A DNA stretch of 63,944 nt, counting the filler, from Craspedostauros australis (lineage: Eukaryota), in the NCBI GenBank assembly GCA_030167865.1. It is 5 parts of 5 records of this genome, joined end to end, with 100 filler letters (N's around TTAATTAATTAA, not from the genome) between each part and the next. Parts side by side here need not be neighbours in the genome. Positions count along the whole stretch, not along the records: positions 23,701 to 53,503 come from JALAGF010005533.1; 4 more parts are not named here. One strand, 5' to 3'. The translations under genes were made by a program, and so were the position numbers. Below are positions 35,783-47,615 of this stretch, in pieces. The notes under the pieces are model-generated. The model made no database searches and was not told the DNA's origin. It was given only the letters and a program-made list of their open reading frames with translations. The stretch's first letter is position 1; each line of letters begins with the position of its first letter.

Positions 35783-37114
35783 GCAACACAATGCATCAAA
35801 GCGAAACGGAACGTGCATACGTGCGTGCGTGCACCATGTGGATACTGTGCATTCTTCGAGAACATGCCGAATGCTCCTTGAGTTGAGTTGGATTCATACT
35901 ATTCTACGATGGTACAACTGGAGCATCACATGTTGAGGTGTCCACCCAACTCGTACATCGATTCTGTGTGGGGACATTCGAACTCGAATATTCCCACCAT
36001 CTTTCTGTGACAAACGGCACGTTCGGTCTTCTTCTCATTGCGTTTACTCAAATGGGAGAAGATGGAAGTAAACGTCACAATGGGTCAACACTTGTATTGC
36101 TACGAATGTTTCTGCTCTACCCCCCACGCTGCAATCAGTTGCACAAGGCTTTCACGATGACCCGGGGAAGAGACAGAGAGATTATGGCGGGAGTGCGACG
36201 CATACATACTTACTCGGAGGAGTCTCCCAAATAGTAACATGATAGATCCATGATTCAAGAATGCAATCGACGATAACAGTTCGCCTTCGAGCGAATCTGG
36301 GAATAACCGTCTCAAGCATGAGATGACGGCTGTGACCGTTGCACGATGATAAAACAGAGTAATTGCATAGAAGGAGAGGAGAGTATCCTGCCTGGCACTC
36401 GATGGACGACAGAATGCCAATACTCCACAAGCAACACAAACGGTGATGCCATTTAGAGTGCTCATTCGACGCACGCATGTACCATACACAGCTGGTGGAT
36501 CATACACTGTACACCATCCTCATCCAAGGCGAGGGCTATTTCACGGATTGCATCATCGACAATGCCCAAGTCCGAAACACCAAGGACAGGGTGCACCACA
36601 AGCTTCTAGACATTCCATTCGGGGGAGAACCATGCGTACTGCGTGACATGCAGCAAAGAGGGGTTTCCCGATGCATTCAAGGGGGCCGAGAATGGTGAAC
36701 TCGATGAAGGAGAATGATCGTACAGTGATGATGGGTTGAACAAACGATGCTGGCGGGTTGGGCACTGCGTGGAGCACGCTTGACGAAAACGAGATAAAGA
36801 CGATAGATGCCTCAGCGGACACGGCAGCAGCAATAGCAGCAGCGATAACAACATACAGCAGGGTGGTCAATGAGCAAATAGGTATGGGTTTGGTGGGTAC
36901 GAACAGGCGTGGTGGAAAAGCCGCCAGGCGAGCGGTTTGCATCTCTTCTGTCCCCACGTTGAACTCGAATCAAGTCACACCATCCGAAACAAAACGGTCG
37001 CTGCATTCATGAAACAGAGCCACTGAGAATTGGCGACAAACGTCATGCATTTCAGTATCTAATCTATTTTCGCCGCTGGTCCTTCTCGCTGTTCTGTCGG
37101 TCATGTGTGCACCA

Positions 37115-38584
37115 TCATCCCAAAGGATCAAATGTGGATGCTCCGTGGATTGAGGCAAATCCTGCAGCACCGCGCATCGTGGCATCGCCGTTCTCGATGT
37201 TGGCGTCTCGTATCTCACCAGCTGCACCAACCGCAAGCTCCTCCATCGCGGAGGCTGCAACTGTTTGCTCCTTCAGGTCTGGGCAGTCTGGAACCTGTGT
37301 CGCACGCAGCGTGTAGCTGTCGATAACTTTGGTTGGATCGCTCGCGAGTCGAGCAACGTAAGTGTGGCCAACAAAGGACGCTTCGAACTTCGTGGTGGAT
37401 TCCCACTGTATGTCGAGTTGATCGTCGGCAGAGCGTGGCGATCCAGATCCGTAGTTGCATCGAAAATGATGTTGTTTGAAAGAATGGAGTGAGTGAGCAA
37501 CGTTGCAAGGGTAGGAAGAGGTATTACATGTTGCGGCCGTCAAATTGCGCAATCAGCAGAGCCTGAGAACGATGAATGCGAACAAGTAAAAACCAACATT
37601 CCACCAGATATTGCACCATCCCGTGTCCGTTCATCAACGGTGCGAGCATGAACGACAGTATGAATGGCAGAGCGAAGAACAGGAGCGCAAACTTACATCG
37701 TGCATGAAGTTCTGCGTGGCTGGCTTGGTCCCCAGATGAAATTTGAACTTCTCTCCGCAGTTCCATCCATCGTCGGGGACATCCTCGAGCGTCCCTGCCC
37801 AATAGACATGAAGCGGGCATCCCACCTGATTGCGGAAGCCGATGTCCATGACGTTGCACTTGCGCGTCTGGGCGACCGGGGTGCGGCGGAAGCCTTGCTG
37901 ACGCTCTCCGGTGCGAGGGTTGAGAGGTTCCACGTCTGGGAGGCTGGCATCGCAGTAGACGTCGTTGGGGTTTCCGATGGGAATGAGTCCTGCTCGGTGC
38001 TGGACCAGCACCCGGCCGGGACCATCCTTTGTTACTTCGCGTGCCTGGTAGGCGAACGATTCGAAGGCGGGAACGGCGCTCCACTCACCCGGCTGGAGGA
38101 TGGCCTCCGGGTCGTCCATGGGAGCCTTGTCAGGATGAAAGGGTGACCATTCCTGGCCGTCGACGACCCAGGACACGACGATGGGCGTGGAGGCCGTGTT
38201 CTCCAGCACCCACGTCGTGTCGAATCCCTTCGTGGCCGTGGGATTCTCGAGGCTCTGCACTTCGCGCGGGCAGTAGACGGTCTTTTGGTTGGCAACCAGG
38301 GTGGCTCCGGTTGCCGCCGCCATCATGGCCTTGTAGGTGCTGTACCGCTCGTGGGATTCATCGTGCTTCGGCATGGGCTTTGCCGCGCACGCCTCGGGTC
38401 GATGGTACTTCGGATGCGGACGCATGGGGCACTTGTCCACGAAGGGCATCTCCGCGTTGGCCGCAGTCGACGCTGCTTCATCCGGCTGCGGTGAAACGCC
38501 AGCAGGGTTCTGCCCGCTCCCGCCATTGTCGGCACCTCCGTTCAGCGCCAGAGCGCCGACTGCTGCCTTCGCCAAGTTCGACAT
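37115..38584 (-). CDS. Hypothetical protein with two VHL-beta-like repeats; exons 38584-37697 and 37405-37115
   Basis: VLENTASTPIVVSWV..ILQPGE.. and IGFRNQVGCPLHVYW..FMHD|WESTTKFEASFVGHTYVAR joined by a phase-0 GT-AG intron. The start codon is uncertain. Confidence 0.7.
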
Positions 38585-38713
38585 CGATGGATCTGTCTGC
38601 TTCTGCTGTTGCTTGAATTGGTAGGAGCACGGGGAGGTGCGAGTACTAGTCCTATATGCGGAGAGTATGTACGTGTGTATGTGTGTATGTATGGTACGAG
38701 CCGTGAGGTGGAG

Positions 38714-38770
38714 TGCTATGGGATGTGGTTCTATGGGATGTGGTGCTATGGGATGTGGTTCTATGGGATG
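38714..38770. repeat. 15-bp tandem repeat (GTGGTTCTATGGGAT-like, ~4 copies)
   Basis: Directly visible. Confidence 0.85.
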
Positions 38771-39391
38771 ATTGTTCACAAGGGCATTCGTGAGGTGACC
38801 CAAGGCTTCAGCACATGTTGGTCCTCGTGGCTGGTACTTGTGCTCGGTCCCATCCTTCTCGGAACTCTGTCTCTCTCACTCCTTCCGTGCAATGGGGTGA
38901 CCAGCATCGTTGTTCCATGGGAACTCTCGCCGTGTTGGTCGTGGAGGGATTTTCGTGCTGTCAGGAAAGGTGACGCTTTGGGCAGAACACGCCCAAACAA
39001 GCCCTTTCGGTGACACAAATGGTCATCGCAATGTCTCGATTTGGCGAAACGTGCCTTCCCGATACGTCTGTCCATCACACCACACACGTCCACGATCAAC
39101 AACGTGAAATACACCGAACTGGATCTAGTTAGTCGTATTAGTCGCCTGCGCCAATATCTTTTGTCCCAGTGTGATGACGTTTGGTTTCTTGTTGGTTCGG
39201 CAGAAAGATCATGCAGCGGTGCCGATGATGACATCAACTCACACCAACCGCGCGCACTTGTGCGAGGATGACACAGAGAGAGGTGGCCGAAGCATCCTCC
39301 AAACCATCTCTGTTGCGAATCACAAATCGGACACTGGACTTCCATCATCATCATCAACAACAACAAAAACAACGTCGTGAACAACATCATC

Positions 39392-40654
39392 ATGTTGCAC
39401 AAGATCAGCTTGTTCGCCCTCGCGTTGCTCGCGGGCACCGCGGATGCCTTCCTCAAGCCTGCCCTGATCTCGACGCAGCAGTCCAGACAGCAGATCGGCA
39501 TCAATGGCCAGCAGCAGCAGCAACAGCCGCATGTCACAATCGACGCAGCCGTGTCCAAGCTGAGCACCGCTGAGCGCCGAAGCCAGCATGTGTTGTTCAT
39601 GGGATGGGGACCGGATCCCATCTGGTCGGAGGCCGAGATCATCACCAACGAATCGGCCAACAAGTCCGGCAAATCTGTCAGCATCACTGTCACGGTCCCA
39701 GCCACGGCCCCGGAGGAGTACAAGATCCCGGGACAGTACGTCCAGCTGCGTCTCAACGAAGATACCAAGCCTCTCTTCTTGGCCATTGCCAGCGCGCCCG
39801 ATGCATCGAGCAACGTCTTCGAATTCCTGATCAAGAAGACGGACGACAATGATTGGATCACGGGTGCGGCAGCTGGAACCAAGGTGGAGGTCTCGCAAGT
39901 CCTGGGCGGTGGATTCCCCATGGAGGAGAACTTGGATGGCTTCAAGTACGATTTCCCCACGCAGAACGTGCTCCTGTTCTGTGTTGGCAGTGGCATCGCG
40001 CCGATCAAGGCTGCCATGGAGAGCGGTACGTTGGTCTTCATGTTTACGTGACGGTACTCTATTGTTCTGTGTCGTGCGTTGGTGTGTTGAGTTGCGTCAT
40101 TGCATATTTTGGGAGATGCCGCGTGCTCAAGATGAGAATTATCCGCCAGTTGATCACTTGCTAGCCAGCCAACATTTCGTACTCCGCTTGTTGCAGCGTC
40201 CTGATGACGCCAACTCTCCACTCACCCACTCACTGATCCATCGCGCTGTCTATCTATCATGGCTCCGCCAATGCATGGCATGCACTGCAACGCAAAATAA
40301 ATCCACATGCGTATTCTTTCAAAATCAGACGCCTTGGGCATTGCCAAGCCAGGCAGTGGCGGCCGCACATGCCGTCTTTACTACGGCGTCCAACACCCAG
40401 ACGATCTCTGCTTCTTGGACAAGTACGAGGAATGGGAGAGCAACGGTTTCGAAATCGTCCCCGTCATGAGCCAGCCACCGGAGGGGTGGAATGGCAGGAC
40501 GGGTTACGTCCAGAATGTGCTGGAGGAGGATGGCGTCCCCATCCCACGCAACTCCGGCGCCTTGCTTTGCGGCACGAAGGGCATGGCGGAATCTGTCAAG
40601 GATATCCTCACCAAGGCTGGCATGTTCGAGGGTCGCGTCTTGACAAACTTCTAA
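39392..40654 (+). CDS. Plastid-targeted FAD/NAD(P)-binding FNR-like oxidoreductase (pKIWI502-like); exons 39392-40025 and 40329-40654
   Basis: TADAF leader; PGQYVQ, FLAIASAP, GSGIAPI, LYYG, GYVQ, ALLCG..GM and C-terminal TNF. Confidence 0.88.
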
Positions 40655-40903
40655 ACAAAGAGAGTAGCTACAGTGACAGCATATGGTTCGTGCCATTCGA
40701 TATCACAGTCAATAACATGGTGACATGTGCTCGTGCAACACCTTGTATTAGAGACACTGTGTAAACCAATCGTCGTTATGTAAGGTGATCCAAATACATT
40801 TGTCGGTGCTTCAATACTCCACGAACGTCAGCTGTGAGTATGCAAACCGTTCTGTTTCCTCTACTCGCATTGAGACTCTGCCTCTCCCCCAACTTGACTC
40901 TCT

Positions 40904-41467
40904 CTAGAGAAGATCATTTTCAATGTCCGTGATCTCCCGCAACAACGATTTCAGCTGCTCCTTGTGCTCAACTGGCGGCGAATTGACCATGACAGTCTGG
41001 TAGGCTGCCCGTGCTGATCCCGCCAATTGATGAATCCCAACCTTTGCATCGGAAGTGATGTTTGGATTGCAGTACTGCAGAAAGTCCTTGATCTGAAGGA
41101 TATGCGTGTGGCAAGATTTGACGAGCTGGGTGGGAACATCCAAGGCCTGCTGCTGAATTTGTTCGATCTCGGCATCGGAGTACCCATGGTCCTTCTTCCA
41201 CGTGGATTGCAGCGCCGCGTAGGCCTTGGCGTCGGCCTCTGCCTGATCGAGCAAGGCCGAGAGATCTAGCTGGGATTGCAAGGTCTTGGCATGTTCAGCG
41301 GCTCCACTTTCCACGTCCTTCTTGCGCTGCGTGTAGGTCGCTGCCATGGAAGCTGCGGCGGCACCGATGGAAGCTCCCACTGCAGCAGCCGCGCCACCTC
41401 CCGGCGTGGGCTGTTTGGCCGCGAGCGCCCCGACGAAGGCCTTGACGGTTTGTGCATTCACGCTCAT
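40904..41467 (-). CDS. Stand-alone formiminotetrahydrofolate cyclodeaminase / methenyl-THF cyclohydrolase (FTCD_C domain)
   Basis: LAAKQPTPGGGAAAA, D.KAY, ALDVP, NPNITSDAKVG and A..TVMVN motifs. Confidence 0.85.
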   Translation of the reverse strand: MSVNAQTVKAFVGALAAKQPTPGGGAAAAVGASIGAAAASMAATYTQRKKDVESGAAEHAKTLQSQLDLSALLDQAEADAKAYAALQSTWKKDHGYSDAEIEQIQQQALDVPTQLVKSCHTHILQIKDFLQYCNPNITSDAKVGIHQLAGSARAAYQTVMVNSPPVEHKEQLKSLLREITDIENDLL

Positions 41468-41949
41468 GGTTGCACGAAGTTGCTTGTCTACTATATTCGG
41501 GTGCTCGAGTATTGATGCTGTTAATTGCACAATTGAATGGTGGCTGTTGCAGTGGTGATGGTGATGGCGGAGTTGGATGGACGCGCATGTGTATCGTACG
41601 AGTATGGGAGAGAGGCACAACCATGTTGGCGTGTTCTTTGATCACCGCCTTGATGTGTACTCGTGTTGATCCGTTTTGGGTGGTTGGTGATGGATGTGGC
41701 GCCAACGCTGAGTCGTGGATACGAGCTGCCCCGTGATGACCCACAAACACGACAATTTGTTTCGATTGTTCGCCTCTTTCCACAGTGGCATCCGCCATGG
41801 ACACTCGCCCCACGAGCTGCGAGTAGGAGGTCTGAGGTTGCTTCACCTTCTACACGTATCCACAAGAGTGCAGCAGCAACGACAGCACCTGTCGCAACAA
41901 CAGCAGCATCAGCAGCAGCAGCCAGGCATGACGCCTTGCATGAGATGAG

Positions 41950-43530
41950 ATGAGAGCCCAGCGGTGTTGGATGGCGAAGGGTTCCTGTTCGGTCAGGTCG
42001 TCAGTTCTCTTCCTGTTCTTATCACTGATCTACCTCTCCGTTCAGCTACAGTTGCTCGTGGTCTCCAACGAAGGCAACGAACGCTACGAACGCTTCGAAG
42101 GCATTCCTCGTGTCCAAGCATGTGAGGAGGGCGGCGTGAACAGCCCAGCTTGCATGGCCATACGCACGGAAGCCAAGACAATTTCAATTGCGCACGTCGT
42201 CTCCCTCGTCCAATGCCACGATGATGAGGCCACTCGAGGATATGTGGATGGCGCCGCTGTCTTGCGTCATTCTATTCAAATTCAATCGCAACGCATGCCG
42301 AATGCATCGAATCAGGATCATGGTACCATCTACCAACCCAAGTTCTACGCCATCATCCATGACGATTGCTCTGGCCATCCTTCAGCCACAGCGCTGCGCA
42401 ATTTGGGGTTCATCATTCTGATACGCCCGACTCCGGTCGCGCTTTCCGAAATGCCACCGGGCTGGTACAAGGACCACGTAGAGACGGAGAACTGCTGCGG
42501 CTCCAAGGAGTTCATCAAGTTGTATGCCTACACTTTGGTGGAACATCCAATCTTCGTGCTGTGGGATTTGGACACCATGCTCCTGCAACCCATGGATTCC
42601 CTGTTCGACGCCATGCTGCATCCATCTCACACGCCCACGGGCAAAGCAGCGCGCGGACGCATCACAGTGCAATACCCGCCCCTGCCGCATCGCATCGCGG
42701 CATTCTTCACACGCGACATCACATCGGCGCGACCCTGGGAGCTGCGACAGGCAGTGCAGGGAGGATTCCTAGTGGGCCGGCCCTGCCTTGCACATTTTCA
42801 GCTGTATCTCGATATCATCCGGCGCGCAGAGTATCTGCCCGGCAGAGGCAACGGGACTGGTTGGGGCGGTATGGGGTACGGCGGGTTCCAGGGCGCGATG
42901 GCATTCCAAGGCATCGTGGCGTACTTTTATGATCAAGTTATCGGATCGGATGCAATTGCGTCAAACTCGTCTACGCCCGTTACTCATGCAGCGACGAACA
43001 GACTTGATTCATCCTTCCGCATCAGCAGTACGAGTGCGAGTGCAACAGACGGTCCGCAGGAAGCTGTCGAGCTGGATGTCTGCCTGTGGAACCAGGTTGT
43101 GGCAGACGTCGTTTGGAGAGGTCCGGATGACCTGGAGTTCTATGGCCAGTGCCGCAATCACTACCAGAGCTCAGGTTGCAAGGACTGTCGCATCACCCCC
43201 ATCGACAACGTCCACAGTGTGCACTTCACGGCCTGCAAGAAGCCTTGGGAATGCATCCAGCGTCGCAATCTGCACAAGCGCCCGCTGGAACGCGATCGTG
43301 AAGTGACGAACGAGACGAGCTGTCGGCAGCTGCGCGACAGATGGTTCGCATTGCGGATGGACCTGGAAGACAGGTTGGAGATGGTGGGAATTGCGAAGTC
43401 TCGCCGTGATGGACAGTACCAGCCCGACGTGTTCCATGGATACTGCACTGGGCCCAACAGGCGTCCGGATCATTACATTCCCATGAACCTGCCGACGAAT
43501 TCATCCGTCTTGTCCAGTTTGTATACATGA
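41950..43530 (+). CDS. Type II membrane glycosyltransferase, GT8/glycogenin-like
   Basis: N-terminal TM; DGAAVLRHSI, EFIKLYAYTL..VLWDLDT (DxD), QGGFLV, FQG..YFYD, VHFTACKKPW. Confidence 0.85.
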   Translation: MRAQRCWMAKGSCSVRSSVLFLFLSLIYLSVQLQLLVVSNEGNERYERFEGIPRVQACEEGGVNSPACMAIRTEAKTISIAHVVSLVQCHDDEATRGYVDGAAVLRHSIQIQSQRMPNASNQDHGTIYQPKFYAIIHDDCSGHPSATALRNLGFIILIRPTPVALSEMPPGWYKDHVETENCCGSKEFIKLYAYTLVEHPIFVLWDLDTMLLQPMDSLFDAMLHPSHTPTGKAARGRITVQYPPLPHRIAAFFTRDITSARPWELRQAVQGGFLVGRPCLAHFQLYLDIIRRAEYLPGRGNGTGWGGMGYGGFQGAMAFQGIVAYFYDQVIGSDAIASNSSTPVTHAATNRLDSSFRISSTSASATDGPQEAVELDVCLWNQVVADVVWRGPDDLEFYGQCRNHYQSSGCKDCRITPIDNVHSVHFTACKKPWECIQRRNLHKRPLERDREVTNETSCRQLRDRWFALRMDLEDRLEMVGIAKSRRDGQYQPDVFHGYCTGPNRRPDHYIPMNLPTNSSVLSSLYT

Positions 43531-44000
43531 ATGGGATACCGTGGAGTAGCACGTGCAGATGCAGATTGTGGGAGTTTGATTGCGTACGAGCGATGGTATT
43601 GTGCTGGTAAAACTCCTTGTAGAGCAGCTTCGATTCACAGAGTACTCTTGCTGCTCGTATGGACAAGCATGTGCCAAGAGCATCAATTTGTCTCAAAGGA
43701 AATTAATCATTGATGAAGGTCAAAGACGAACTGAAACGACTGCTATCACTTGAGGACTGCAAGTTCCAAACATATGTACGCATGACGTTGCACTTTGACA
43801 CTTGAGGACTCATGACTGAAGAATTAGGAATCTATTGTTTCAGTTTGTGTGCGAGACATTCGTCACTACGAGTATCTCTGCGTTGTTGCTATCATTCAAG
43901 CCGGTCCAAATGAAGTGCTGCTGATTCATCAAGCAACGAGCCTTCCTATGTTCCCGCTTCGCTTCCTGGTGAGAAAGGCCATCAGCATGCATCAACGTCC

Positions 44001-44576
44001 TTAGTTCTTGATTCCGGCGAATGTGTTCTCCTCGCGGGCCTCGTCCCAGTCCTCCGTCCACTTGGATGGGCAGATGCTGAGGGCATACTGGCGGAAGTTC
44101 TGGCACTTGGCGTCGTCGTTTCCGGTTTGCTTCAAGCAAAGGAGCCACTCATTGTAACGGTTCCAGCAGTGGTTGGCCTGGTTGGTGGATGGGAATCGCT
44201 GATCACGTGGTGTGGTGCGGATGTTCTTGACCTGGTGCAGCAAATCCTCCTGCTTTTCATCCAGAGCCGGGATTTCGTCGCTGAAAATCTGCTCATCCAG
44301 GAATCCGTTTCGTTGATTGTATTGGAGTATAGCATGAGTGCATTGGCCATGCGCGTTGGAGGGAGGAGTGCACATGTATGGTATGAAGGTGAGGTATGGT
44401 GCATGTGCGTCGTGATATTTTTCATCATCATGGTGAACACAATGCTGCAGCGCAGCGCATTCCGATGTTGCCATCATCATTCATCATCATGATCATCAAT
44501 CATCACCATCAAAGTTGCCATCTTGTGCAACAGCACAGTGAATGCAATGGGCGCGTACCTTGTTGAGCTTTGGCAT
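44001..44576 (-). CDS. COX6B: Cytochrome c oxidase subunit 6B; exons 44576-44559 (MPKLNK) and 44288-44001
   Basis: TTPRDQRFPSTNQANHCWNRYNEWLLC..C..ICPSKWTEDW..F.G with the conserved Cys pattern. Confidence 0.92.
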
Positions 44577-45573
44577 GGTTGCTGCTTTTATGTGTTGGTC
44601 TCTAGAGTACGCAATGTTTGTATCGCGCAGTTGTGTTGTCGTTGTCGTTTGTCATGGAGGGGTGGACACCGTCGCAAGGCAACACCGATGCACACAAATC
44701 CGAATTGAGGAGTGAGAGCAGTTGTGAAGCGTGGAAACGAGAACGATGCAGTGGGATGCAGCGGTGTTGAGTGAAGGGCTTGGAACGAGAAGAGGTGACG
44801 AAGCGTTGAAGGTCTCCAGGAACGGTGTGGCAACCACAGTTCATCCAGAGGGCACACCCTCTCTGCCGCAACCGACAAAGCGAATTCGCATGACAAACCG
44901 AAACCAAATGCCAACCGCATGGCATGCAATGATTCACAGCGTTCCGTGCCATCCGCAATGCCAAAAGGCCTCTTCTCTTCAAGTGTGTTTGCCATGGGGG
45001 CATCCAGCCGCATGTTGCTTGCAACATTGTCAGCTTACATCCTTGCATGCGAGCTCACCTTGATTTATCGACTGGGTGGCTCTGTTGGCAAGGATGTTAC
45101 AGAAGATGATGTCGTGGATGTTCTCGCAGATGGGTTGGATCGCGGTGCCAGAAATCGGGGTCGTTGCTGTCGTCATGGTTGTTACCTTTTTCGCTGCTTG
45201 TTTTCGTGTTGTTGTTGCTGCGAGTGCACTGCTTTTCTTCCTTACCATTTCTCCTCTTGGTGCTGTTCGCGAATGAACGCCAGTTACGACCCACTCGATC
45301 AAAACTTGTGATTTCATCTTCTGGTCGAACGAATCGTCCACTTCCACGTTGAAACTCGGTGATTTCAGCGCTTGTTCCATGTTCGGCAACGGCACAAACG
45401 TGGTCACGCAATTCTTCACAGTGTTTCAGCACCTCAAAATGTGGCATCAAACAGTGTCACAAATCACAGATCAGGAAGATCCGAAACACAAACAAAGAGA
45501 GAGAGACTAGACGCCACTGTTGCGCCAGCTACCTGCCACATTCGTACGAACATTCGCACCGATAGAGAACACG

Positions 45574-46707
45574 ATGACGATGAGACGGCAACTTGGAATC
45601 GTTTTCCGCCTCGCGAGCCTCCTCGCTTTGGCGCAATGGATGACCTGCTGCCAAGCCTCACAATTTGGAGTGGTGTCATCCCGTGCATTGGCGTCGTCAC
45701 GGCCACTGCCATCATCGCCGGATGCGCATCACGAATTCGATGATATGCGCGTTGCTGATCGCCAGCTGCTGTGGTCTGTGCGCGGAGGGAGCATGGAGGT
45801 ATCTGATGACGACGACGATGACGATAGCAAGGTGGCCGGTGGCATGCTGGTGTCGAAGATACGCAACGTGATCCGCAACCTCATGAATTTCGGCGACGAC
45901 AAGGTTCCGTTGCTGTCGCAGATATTACGTCCTTGCTTTGGAATGATCGAGTCGTTGACCGGTCTTCAGCTGCTGCCACAGAAGGCGACGCCGATGATCA
46001 AGAAGCAGCGCAAGAGCAGCAAGAAGTCCAAGTCCGGAAGCAGCAGCAGCAGCAAGTCAAAAACGAAGTCCAAGTCGAAGTCGTTGGCCGAAGCTGACGA
46101 AAGTGGGGATGGCGAGGATACCGAATCAACGGCGGACTCAGAAACGAAGGCATCGAAGAAGACGAAAGAGACCAAGAGCGGCAGCAAGAAGAAGAAAACA
46201 AACGAGAAGCGAAAACCCAAGCCATCGGCGACAACGCAGAAGCACCTCTCATCGCAGCACAAGGTGACCAGCCCGATATATCGCATCCAGCGGGAGCTGA
46301 AGGAGTTCATCAAATCGCCACCGCAGGACCTGTCTGTGCAGGTGGGTTCCAACATCCGCCTCTGGGTGGTGACCATGCGAGGCAGCAAGGGCTCCATCTA
46401 CGAGGGAGAGGTGTACAAGCTGCGCATCCAGTTCCCAAAGAATTACCCTCTCGTGCCGCCATCCGTGTACTTTCTCAAAGGTTACATCCCCGTCCACGAG
46501 CACGTATACACCAACGGCGACATCTGCCTCAGCATGCTCGGCAAGGGGTGGAAGCCGAACATGACGGCTCAATCCATCGCCCAATCCATCCACTCCATCC
46601 TCTCATCGGCGCAATCCAAGAACCTTCCGATGGACAACGCCGCGCACGCGACCAACAAACCGGGACAGTACCAGAAGGATTGGGTTTACCACGACGATAA
46701 TTGCTAG
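45574..46707 (+). CDS. Ubiquitin-conjugating E2 with signal peptide and RGG-containing leader (UBE2W-like; candidate periplastid/SELMA E2)
   Basis: RIQRELKEF, YEGEVYKL.I.FP.NYP..PP, HEHVYTNGDICLS, W.P. Hydrophobic N-terminus followed by VRGG and a K/S-rich linker. Confidence 0.85.
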   Translation: MTMRRQLGIVFRLASLLALAQWMTCCQASQFGVVSSRALASSRPLPSSPDAHHEFDDMRVADRQLLWSVRGGSMEVSDDDDDDDSKVAGGMLVSKIRNVIRNLMNFGDDKVPLLSQILRPCFGMIESLTGLQLLPQKATPMIKKQRKSSKKSKSGSSSSSKSKTKSKSKSLAEADESGDGEDTESTADSETKASKKTKETKSGSKKKKTNEKRKPKPSATTQKHLSSQHKVTSPIYRIQRELKEFIKSPPQDLSVQVGSNIRLWVVTMRGSKGSIYEGEVYKLRIQFPKNYPLVPPSVYFLKGYIPVHEHVYTNGDICLSMLGKGWKPNMTAQSIAQSIHSILSSAQSKNLPMDNAAHATNKPGQYQKDWVYHDDNC

Positions 46708-47615
46708 AGAGAATGTTGCTACTCTATATAGTATGCACGAGTGGATCCAGAGAAGGCTTGCACACTCTTGTGCAGTACGGGGTGTGTTCTGCCATTGGTG
46801 CAACAATGGCGCACATTCCGCGCAGCAGTCCTGTGGAGCTGCGCAGGTGCATGCGTTTGTCAAACAACTCCAACGAACGGATGCACTCATCTGCTTTCGG
46901 ACTGGAATTGTGTGCTTCTTGGTCGGCAGGCAACTGCTCTCCTCTGCCATCCTATTATGCAACACTCTCCTCCTTTCCTTCACCTGATCGTATAACATGC
47001 GGTCAATTCCAATACACACAAACGATATAATAGTATCGTAGCTCGGAGGCACATCTCTGACAAGAGTATACTCTGCTCTGGCACCAATACGGCCCTTTAT
47101 TAGAGGCCTATCGCATTGCCCTGTTTGCTCTGTACCATGCACCAAGGTGAAGACTTCCGTGAAGCATCCAAGAAGATCATGACATCAGCTTGATCACGCA
47201 CAAAATCGGGTGGACGGATTCGTGGGATTCTGTCAAAATCGATCATCATCCACAATGGGTTATGGGCCAACATTGTGCGGGCACTGCGCACAGACAACCC
47301 GATTACCGCGCTTCCGCAACAGAGAAATTGATGAATGGATCCACCGAGGTGGCCACGACGCGCGCAAAAAGTCATGTGGCCAACACGTGTCGCCTCATCT
47401 TTGTTTTGTGGCTTTCCCCTCTTCGTTGGCTTCGCGTTGTCCGACTGCCTTCACTGTGTATGACGCTCTACGTCGGTATTGGCGCCAACGCCACTGCCAC
47501 CTGCACCAAATCCATTCCGCATCTGTCATAGATTTGCGAAAGCACCAAAAACCCAAGAGAGGAATTCCACCATAGCAGCAGCAGTAGCAGCAGCAGCAGC
47601 AGAAGCAGCAGCAAG

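Noticed and set aside
36100..36960. Minus-strand coding-like stretch (..WFSPEWNV*KLVVHPVLG..)
   Set aside because: Multiple stops and no recognisable homology.
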